DNA from: Eledone cirrhosa
Lineage: Eukaryota
DNA: 64,000 bases
NCBI GenBank assembly: GCA_964016885.1
Contig: OZ024741.1
Coordinates: 57,412,001-57,476,000, forward strand
Reading direction: 5' to 3'
Under the pieces are notes generated by a model. It was not told the origin of the DNA, ran no database searches, and worked only from the letters and a program-made list of their open reading frames with translations. The translations under genes were made by a program, and so were the position numbers. Below are positions 1 to 64,000 of the stretch, one piece after another (within the stretch, counting starts at the first letter, position 1; each line of letters begins with the position of its first letter).

Positions 1-489
1 ATGGTTCAATAAATTTGGTCTTAATGTAAAATATTAGTAATTATCCATACAGATTTTCTTGTGTATATAAATCAAATTTCTTTGTTACATATATCTGACT
101 TTATTGCTCTTTAGGGAAAACATTTTTTAATGTTAGTGTAATTATTGTTTTGACAGTAATATCTTTTCTTTTAAATAGTGTTTATTGTTCATTCAGAAAA
201 TAGCTATATATAAAATATTTTTCAATAAAAATTGCTAGTGCATTGGTGAAGATAAATTTTGGTGTCTATCGATTATTATTTTTTAATTAGGAAAGGAATT
301 ATACCATTCTACTTGGTTGGGGGATATAGGAGACTGGCTTCCACCAATTTTTAAAATTGTTGGAAACTGCATATATATTGTCTCATGGAAGACAACTGTT
401 AGAATGAAATTGGTCTTTTAAACAATTTTTTTTTTTATCTATGTGATAAGCAGTCTCATTGCTTTTTCTGATAATTATACTTCATATTT

Positions 490-950
490 GTATATCATTT
501 TAACACCTGTTTTTCTATGCTTGCATGGGTTGGATATGTCCTCAGCACAGCATCACCACTCTCCGTGTTCTTTCGTCATTTCTGAATCCCAGCGGTTTGA
601 GGTCTGCTCTCATCACTTCTACCCAGGTCTTTCTTGGTCTACTTTTACTGTGGGTTCTTTCCACTGGCACTTCACCCATCGATCATCATCCATGTACATC
701 ACATGTCTTTACCAACGCAGTCTTCTCTCCTGTGCACTACCTTGGATTATAAGCTCTGCCTTTCTCTAAACCTTTTCTGTCCTATCCTTATTGTTGCTAG
801 TATACTCTGAGCATCCTCCTCTGCTGCTAATTAAGTCACCTAGATAGAAGCTATCCACTGCTTCTATGGATACTGTGACTTAAAAAGGTTTATATCATTG
901 GTGCTCTTTCCCTTGTGCATCTTCTGCATAGAAAATCTTCCTTTCCATTA
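490..950 (-). mobile_element. RTE LINE 3' fragment
   Basis: Reverse-strand GRPRKTWVEVM motif (cccaggtctttcttggtctac) and catcattttaac tail. Confidence 0.65.
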
Positions 951-1159
951 TAAATGTATATATATCTGGGTGTAAGAAAGGAAAACTGGTCAATTGGGAA
1001 GGGAGATATTATTTATGTTCATAAACAGAACAAAAGTGGTACTCGTGTAAGTGCCTGAACATGGGTCACAATTCTGATCCCTCTTGTATCCTGGAGTTAT
1101 GGTCAAAGTTGGACATTGAATCCTTGGGTAGTACTATTATTCCATGTATTAAAGACGTG

Positions 1160-1345
1160 GATTGGCAGCATCAGTAGAGGGTCGGACGCCATGCTTTCCA
1201 GCATAGTTACGTCCCTTTACGATCTGAGTTCAAATCCCGCCGAGGTTGACTTTGCCTTTCATCCTTACGGGGTCGATAAAATAAAGTACCAGTAATGCAC
1301 TGGGTAATTACTGGCCTTGTGCCAAAAGTAGAAACAATTATTCCA
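1160..1345 (+). mobile_element. tRNA-derived SINE
   Basis: A-box-like tggcagcatcagt, B-box gagttcaaatccc, core ggttgactttgcctttcatccttacggggtcgataaaataaagtacc. Confidence 0.75.
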
Positions 1346-1399
1346 TGTATTAACATAGAATTATCTATATTAGCAGTGGAGGTCGAAAGAACGGGATAG

Positions 1400-2015
1400 A
1401 ATAATTTCAAGAAGCTACAAAAGGCTTTTCCCTCAAAATGGAAGGCAGACTATGATGCGTGCATACAAACAGCAATGTTGCATCGTTGTGAGACCTGGGT
1501 GCCGTGTACAGAATACTTGTGAAGCTTGCATGCTTTGATAGATTTGTAATGATAATATACGCAAATAGCAAAGCTAAATGAACTGAGAGAAACTAGGCAT
1601 AAGAGGAATCATGCAGTGTTCAGGAGAGGAGATTGTGATGCATAAGAAGGATGACAGCTGCATGGAAGACTTGGAATGAGGTGATAAAAGCTGACCTTCC
1701 TCAATTCCACAACTGAGATCTCTGGCGTTATTTAGTAATACAGAAGACCCACCTTCCTATGAAGCATGCATATAGTATGCACCACCCTCACCTCCACCCC
1801 ACTTTTCCATACACCTATGAGGACAGGCTGATGCCCACACTGCAAAGTGGTTATGCAGGTCCATGACAAAAAGCACCCAATACACTAATGTGGTTGACGT
1901 TAGGAAGTGTGTCCAGCTGTAGAAACCAAGCCAAAATCAGTTCTGTATGATGTGGCATTTCTCACAACTAACCAATGCTAGCGTGGAAAAGTGGATGTTA
2001 AATGGTCATGATGCA
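1400..2015 (+). mobile_element. RTE LINE 3' fragment with 3'UTR
   Basis: ggcagactatgatgcgtgcatacaaacagcaatgttgcat matches 56204-56243; ends gtggatgttaaatg. Confidence 0.7.
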
Positions 2016-2109
2016 TTCAAGTTAAGCGCTGAAATGCTTGAGTGGTGGTGGTGGTGAGGGTTTCTTTTCTGAAGACCTGCTATTCAGCTCTCCTGAGAGC
2101 AGAAAGACC

Positions 2110-4260
2110 ACATCTATGAGGTCCTCTTGCAGACTACTTTGACCTCAATGGATGTTGGGAAACACCATGATAGATTTCCTGGCATACATGGAGGCTATGG
2201 TACAAGAAATGAGGAGGAGGCTGGGTCTAGGCATCTAGAGTTCTGCAATGTTCTTCACCTAACCATCTGCAACAAACCTCAGGAACCTGTCAGCTACCTG
2301 ATTGCTTAACTGGAAATGTGACAGGCAAAAAGGTAAATGCTAAGACCTGTGGAGGAATGTACCTCCCAACATATTCAAGGTCACTGAGAACTAGTCTAAG
2401 GGCTAGATGCACTACGAGACAAAAGCCAGCCTGGAGAATGAAAATCTGGAAGCTAAGAGAATATGCCGCTTGATGACAATAAGGGAGAGATAGAGATATA
2501 TAACAGGAAAACTTGGAATTCCTATGAAACAACCTGCTGGAAGCTATGAACTAGGTCTGCAGGTGGAGAGTGATGTGGAATGGTTAGGTAGATAGAGCCA
2601 TAAATAAAGAGGAGACAGAAAGCAATATCAGATAGATAGAGGCCTGGTGCCAAGTATATCCTGCGAAGTGAGAGAGAAAAAAAGTTTACATGTTCTGCAT
2701 CATGAAGATCAGAGGCCTGAAGAGTTCTGGATAGCGAGACAGTGTGCTAGAGAAAATCGTGATGTGATTAACCAAAATGATAGTGGGGCACTTATCTTGT
2801 TTGACGCTGAAAAGAAGATGCATGGAGGACATACTTCTTTGAGAAGCTGCTGAACGAGGAAAATAAATGGGACAGTAAGGGTCTATCCATAACAAGTTGA
2901 CAGCAGTGTGATAGATAAAGCAATTAAGGACAGGCAGCTGGACCATCCTGTATAGTCCCTGAGATGCTAAAAGTATCTGGCATGGTAGGATACGAGCTAG
3001 TCAGACACAGTTAATCATGTAGTAGTGTTATACCCAATGACTGGCACATCAGTATCATTGTAAATTGCTACAAGGGCAAGAGAGAGGTGTAACTTTAGAG
3101 GCATGAAAAGGTTATAAGCACAACTAATTAGGGACAGAATCAAGTTATATTAGATGCAGTTTGGATTTATGCCAAGTAGGGATACTACCGATGCCCTCTT
3201 TCTGGTGAGACAACTACTTAGCTAAGAGTAAGCCAGTGTTGACAGGGTCCCACGCTCTGTAATCTGGTGAGCACTTAGGAAGCATGTTGTAGACAAATGG
3301 TTTGTGAGGGCCATCCATAAAGGAGCAACCAGCAGAGAGAGAGAGAGTTGGTAGATGAGGGTCCACCAAGGGCAGATCTCAGTCTGTTCTTGTTTATCAT
3401 TGTCCTCCAAGTCCTCACTGAAGCAGTTAAAACTGGTATTCCACGGGAGCTCCTATATGCGGATGGCCTAGTCCTCATAGCTGAATCCATAGGAGAGTTC
3501 AAGTATGGAAGAAGAATCTAAAGTTGGGAGGCCTAAAAGTAAACTTAGCAAAGACAAAAGTCTTAAGTAGGAAAGACAGGAGAGCGATACCATCAGGGAT
3601 GTTGCCTTGTTCCATTAGGTGCACCAGAGATGTAGTGGGATCGCAAGCAGGCTAACAAAAAGACTTTGCAACTGATGCACAGAAGTATGCACTAAAAGCA
3701 CACATGAAATAGAATCCTTCAGTTGCAAGGGAGGCTCCTTAGAAGTAGTTGATAGCTTTTGTTACTTAAACAATCAAATTAACAGTGGAGGCTAAGAACA
3801 GGCTGGAAGAAGTTTAGAGAGCTATTATCACTGCTGACAACAAAAAGTTTTTCTCTCAGAGTGAAGGTTAGACTGTGTGTGAACTGCAAGGCAATGAAAC
3901 ATGGGTTTTGATATGGAAAGATATTAATCGAATATGCTCCATTAGATGTGTAATGTTAGTTAGTGTGCATGAGCAACAGCATAAGGAAACTGGAGAAAAA
4001 CTTGGCATTAGAAGAATTGGATGTAGTGTGCAAGAGAGTAGACTGTATTGGTATGGTAATGTGATGCATATGGAAGATAGCAGCTGCATAAAAAAATGTA
4101 GAGAAATCCCAGTGGAAAAGGCAGACCCAGGAAGACTTGGGATGAGGTTGTGAGGACCAGCCTTAAAAAACTAAACCTCATAACATAGATGACAAAGGAC
4201 TGCGAGGGCTGGTAGACTCGGCCAACAACATACAATGTGACCTGTCTTTCCCCTCTCCTT
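2110..4260 (+). mobile_element. Degenerate RTE-clade LINE (endonuclease to C-terminus remnants)
   Basis: Broken motifs HGGYGTRNEE, QFGFMP, VHQG..LS, ELLYADGLVL, SRLYWYGNVMHM; similar to 55745-56640. Confidence 0.75.
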
Positions 4261-6199
4261 ACATTCCTTGGCAGCTATCCTCACCATCACTAAAGCCCTT
4301 AGATACCCTCACTATTGCACCCAAATAGCCACTCTCTTCACCTAAATACACCATACCCATGCCCCTTCTACTATTACTATACCTCCCCTTCCCAGCGCTG
4401 GTGAATGCCATCCCCACCACCACTATCTCTGCTTTAGTTTTCTTATCACTGCATCCTCTTCCCTACTCACCCTGTCAAATTTGCCATAACTTCATACTTA
4501 TCTCCCTATCGCCTGCCATGCATGCATACAGAGGAGAGAACTTTTCTGTTGGGACAAGAACCAACAACCTCTCTATCATTGGTGCCAGGAAATGCACACG
4601 GTACACCCTGTAATATGGTTGGCACCAGGAAGGAGCCCCGCTGTAGAAAACAAGCCTAAAAAGTATTATGAGCACCCGTCAGTTGTGTCGCGGCATAACC
4701 TTTCTAGTGTTGGCAATTTACATGATAAAAAAGATCCAGCACACGCTATAAAATGGTTGGTGATAGAAAGGGCATTCAGCCATAGAAAACTTGCCAAACA
4801 AAGGGTTGGGAGGACCTTTCAGTCATGTCAAGACAGCCTCCCTAATGTTGGTGATCTATATATAGAGAGGGTGCAGTAGAGGATCCTATATTTTACACAT
4901 TGACGTAAAATATGGAAGATATTTTACAATATACTATGTTTAGTGAATTGAAAATAAAACGTTACAATTATACTAATAACTACATGTCCGCCGGGGCTGT
5001 GGGTGGGCCCCATCACGTACTGTTATAGTTGTATACAGATATTAACTCATCAATCCCATTATTTTTTTATACAGAGTACTCACAACCATGGAAGATATTT
5101 TTGCTGCACTCTGTAGTTGTATGTGTGTGTGTATACTTATGTGAATATGTTTGTATATATGTTTATGTATGTGCATGTGTCAGGTTGCTCCTGGTAACAT
5201 GTAACCCAGTATAACCTAAAACAGCTTGGGTTATCGGCGACTAAACTGGCAACCCCACCAAGCTTGCTTGGTGAGGAGGGTGATTTTGGGGACCCTGCCG
5301 GATGAAAAACAAAACCTGACAAAGGGTGGAGGGACTTACGAGAGTCAACGGCCATCCAATAGTGTATATATTGTGTGAGTGTGTAAATATATATATGTGG
5401 GACTGTTTGTACGTGTGCATCTATATAAGTAAAAAAAAAATTAACAGCTTTTAAATAATCCCTTTTCAGAGTGAACTGGGTGTATTTTATGTTATTAAGA
5501 GCAGAGAGTTAGTCATGTCCTTGACAAAACAATGAAATTTCTCTATCCTACTTTTCCTCCAATTGCCCACCTGTTTAACAAGTGTACTTGGTACATTTTA
5601 TACATGGCAACAGTACTAGGGATGTTGTCATTTTCCTTCTCTTTGCCCAATGTTCGCTCTCATCCCATCCTCATATCCGAGGGTCAGGGGTCATGGACCT
5701 ATAGACCAGCACTCTCCATCTTTTCCTGTCTCTTGCCATTGCCGTACATTCTGCCCAACTCCTTCCTGTTCATTCCTTAATATCATCTGTCTATCTCCTT
5801 CTCTGCTATCCCCTGTATTCTTCCCTCAATGATGTGGGTAGTCAAATTTTGGACCCTGATAACATGACCAAAATACTGAAGTTTCTTTTTCCTTACTGTT
5901 TCAACCAACTATCAATTGGCACCAATCTCTTCCAGGACAGATTCATTTGTTCTGTGAGCTGTTATTTCTATCCAATTACCAAACTCTTTACAATGGGTAA
6001 ACTTTACTTCTGTCCAATCACAAACCACTTTACAGTGTGTTTTGCAGAAGAAGCTCCATTTACTGTTGGTGTTGAGATCTAATTGAAATTTAAGAATCGG
6101 CAACTATCTCCATTAAAGAACAATTCTTCTCTGGTTAGGTAGCTCAGGCATAAAGAAAATAATGTGCAAATTCAACGCAAGTGTTTGAAAGCCATTTTA

Positions 6200-6590
6200 C
6201 CTGCTAAAACATAAGTTAGCCTTGCCAGTCCCATGACAAACTTCTTCATTTTCTCCTTTTGTTTGCATCCCCACTCACCAACCTTTTATTTTCTCTTTCA
6301 TCATTCCACCACCTCTCTCACCCAGTCACTTTCATCCTTCCTCAACGATCTCATTCCATTTCTCTTCAAAATATTAATCACTGGTTCCATTCCTGCCATC
6401 CTCTGCAATTCCAAGTTTGTTTTCCTCTCTCTCAGTGATACTTCATTCATCCATTGGACCATTCTCATTTCCATTTTTTCAAGTCTTCTCTGTTGCTCCA
6501 TGTTCATCATCCATAAATGATGACACTTCTCATAAATGCAACATATACTATTCCCTTCAGTTTCAATGACACTCCTTTCCTCATTACTAC
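6200..6590 (-). mobile_element. RTE-like LINE 3' fragment, second family (also ~45490-46020, 47310-47450, 48400-48690, 51220-51520)
   Basis: RRLEKMEMRMVQWM..KRNGMR; related copies read MRWLGHVLRK..GRRRPGKT. Confidence 0.65.
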
Positions 6591-6634
6591 ATACAACAAC
6601 AAAAATGACAATTTTGTATAAATACAATGTAGAT

Positions 6635-6640
6635 TTTATT
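6635..6640 (-). promoter_or_regulatory. Candidate AATAAA polyadenylation signal of a ~2-kb GBF1 3'UTR
   Basis: tttatt on +, followed on the minus strand by a GT/T-rich tract (6590-6612); other AATAAA candidates exist (e.g. ~8439). Confidence 0.35.
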
Positions 6641-7004
6641 GATTCACATCAAAACTCTATTCTGAAAAAAATTTGATCAAGAATAGAATTTTGTAGGAGT
6701 GGGGTGTGTGTTTAAAAGAAATAGGTCTAGTAGATAAAAAGGTATTTACCTGGATTTAGTACAACAGCAATTAAGGTAAATAAATGTGTATGTGTGTGTT
6801 GCAGGGGGTGACACTGAGTTCAGGGTTCAAACTAGATTGTTACACTTCTTACAATGGGAGTTAATATTGCAGCCAGACAATTTCCAAAATTACTTTTAAT
6901 GTTAAATATCTGAATAGGCAATATTGGCACAGTCCAAAAGTTATGTCTTTTTCAAGTTAAATATTTTCTGACAAATTTTAGTACTGTAAACACACACACA
7001 TGTA

Positions 7005-7041
<37 letters not shown>

Positions 7042-7046
7042 TATAT

Positions 7047-7260
7047 GAAAATTGAATTAGAAGCTTTCCCTCTATTACTGTATTATTGACTACATAAAAT
7101 AGTCAAATAACAGGGCATATAAGCCCTCAGAACCCATTTTTATATGTTCAAGGGGCTTATATGCCCTGTTATTAGACTATTTTCTGTAGTCTAAAAATAG
7201 GCTGAAAGGTAATTTAATTTTCAAATTCCACTCACTCTTCTAAACACACATGCTTTGTTT
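7047..7260. mobile_element. Foldback (palindromic) element in a (TA)n tract, copy 1
   Basis: Arms gactac..atagtc.aataacagggcatataagccc / gggcttatatgccctgttatt.gactat..gtagtc; 3' tag aaattccactcac..tctaaacacacatgcttt. Confidence 0.7.
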
Positions 7261-7603
7261 ATATATATATATATATATATGCGTGTGTGTATATATTATA
7301 TCCAGTATTTTAAATGTCTGATATTTTTACATTTGTCTGTGTGTTTGATGTGAACTCTGCAGAGATGACAATCTGTAGTAATGATGATGCTTGTGGATGG
7401 TTAGTTTGAAAATAAAATCTTATGAGCAGCAAAGAAATGGGAGGAGGAACTGCAATCAAAATGTCACAAATGTTGAAAATATGTTTTTCAACACAATAGC
7501 TGATTCATCTAGAGAACAGTATACTAATTTGTTATAAGCATTAAACCACTAATAAATTTTACATAAAATAGGTAAGGAATGAAATATATATATATAATTA
7601 TAT

Positions 7604-7820
7604 GGAAATTAAATTAGATCTCGCCGTAACTTTGACTAAATATAATAGTCTAATAATAAGAGGGCAAATAAGCCCACTGAACGGAAAAAGATGGGCATCT
7701 TTTTGTGCTCAGTGGATTAATATGCTCAGTTATTAAACTATTTTATTTAGTCCAGGTTATGGTGAGATCTAATTTAATTTCCAAATTCCGCTCACCATTT
7801 TCTAAACATACGTGCTTTAT
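7604..7820. mobile_element. Foldback element, copy 2
   Basis: ggaaattaaattagatctc ... gagatctaatttaatttcc; same 3' tag aaattccgctcac..tctaaacatacgtgcttt. Confidence 0.7.
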
Positions 7821-8620
7821 ATATATATCTTTTTTTTAATTCATGGCATTAGTCCAAGTTTAAGGGGCTAATGGCTTCATAGGTTGGTCTGTTGTTGGTA
7901 AACATCTTCGATAAATATCTAATTATATATGAAGCTGTGTGCCTGAGACCAGCCTACTTCTCAACTGTTGCAAACTCGACTTAAATGTGTGTGTATATAT
8001 CATCAACATTTTATGTGTGTATATATATTCTCAATTGGTTATCATCATCATCATCACCGTTTTACATCCGTTCTTCCATGCTAACATGGGATATATATAT
8101 ATATATATTTTTTTTGTTTCATATAGAATGAGGCATTCCATTTGCAGTTTCAGTGATTCACAGAATCTAGTCACTGACAAAAAAAGAAATGTCTTTTGTG
8201 AGAGTAACCATATCTTGAAGTTCTCCCCCCAAGCTCCTTTTTTTAAAGAATATATTATTTACAGAGAAAGAAAAAAAAAAGGCTATCAAAATAAATATAT
8301 TATTAAGTCAGTAGAGTGACAGGTGAGAAGTTGGCACCAGTGGAAAGTTAATACATTCAGTGGTTTGTTGAAGTTTTTCAATAGTTAAAATGTAACATTC
8401 AGTCACAGATGTACCTCCACCTTTGATAGTAAACCAATCTTATTATTATTATTTACTGTGGTTATTGTTGACCGACTTTCCAGTTGATGACCACACTGTG
8501 TATAATATCAACATGACCAACAAACACTGCAGTATTGATACTCAAGAGAGATTTATATACTAGAAAAAAAAAAGGCCCAAAAATGTAAGTAGACAGCAAT
8601 AGAGTCCAGTCAGTTGTTTA

Positions 8621-63426
<54,806 letters not shown>

Positions 63427-63548
63427 CTGAAATTAAAAATAGAAAACAACAAACAAAAATCAATATTCTGTGTCATATCATATTTTTCATTATGTTAATA
63501 TCATCTCAGGTATGTCTGAGGGGTTTAAAAGTTTACTTTGCAACTGAT

Positions 63549-63800
63549 TGGTAGGTAGATAAATAGATAGACAGGTAGGAAGGTAGGTAGGTAGATAAAT
63601 AGATAGATAGGTAGACAGGTAAATAGGTATGCAGGTAGATATATCGATAAAGAGATGGGTAGGTAGATAGATAAATAGATAGCTAGATAGCTAGGTAGTT
63701 AGGTAGGTAGATAGATATATAGGTAGTAGATAGGTAGTTAGCTAGGTATACAGATAGGTAAAACGGTAGATAGTTAGGCAGGTAAGTAGATAGATAGACA
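63549..63800. repeat. (GATA/GGTA)n compound microsatellite
   Basis: Direct observation. Confidence 0.92.
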
Positions 63801-64000
63801 GGAATACTTGTGAAATTAATGTCTAAATGGCTGAGCATTGTACAGATGTGTACCCTTAATGTAATTCTCAGGAAGATTTAGCAAGACACTATGTGTGACA
63901 AGGCTGGCCATTTGAATTACAGATACAATCCATCCAACAGGCCTCCTTTCAGTTTCTGTCAATCCAATTTCACTTACATGACTGTAGTAAATGACACTTG

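Noticed and set aside
1-430. 3'UTR of a convergent + strand gene (AATAAA at 8 and ~224)
   Set aside because: No coding exon is visible, and AATAAA is expected by chance in such AT-rich sequence.

Overview
AT-rich animal genomic DNA; the repeat landscape suggests a mollusc, probably an octopod cephalopod (inference). The minus strand carries the 3' 21 coding exons (63426 down to stop 8621; 3195 nt, all GT-AG and phase-consistent) of a GBF1 Arf-GEF gene, from the end of the Sec7 domain through the HDS region to the C-terminus. One 26.4-kb intron is about 94% filled by a 47/45-bp minisatellite (~12865-37695) with nested higher-order duplications. The intron between exons 17 and 18 holds a full-length CR1-group LINE (39174-44301, + strand; PHD ORF1, APE-RT ORF2) inserted into a TTAA/piggyBac-type MITE. 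Its ORF2 has no AUG ahead of the endonuclease and overlaps ORF1 at an in-frame G_GGA_AAU slippery heptamer (candidate -1 frameshift). A second, internally deleted copy (54173-55589, - strand) keeps both termini. The two copies form a ~1.1-kb inverted pair bracketing ten GBF1 exons that total 1647 nt, a multiple of 3. Also present: a Penelope-type minimal hammerhead ribozyme, foldback hairpin elements, RTE LINE relics, tRNA-derived SINEs and microsatellites.
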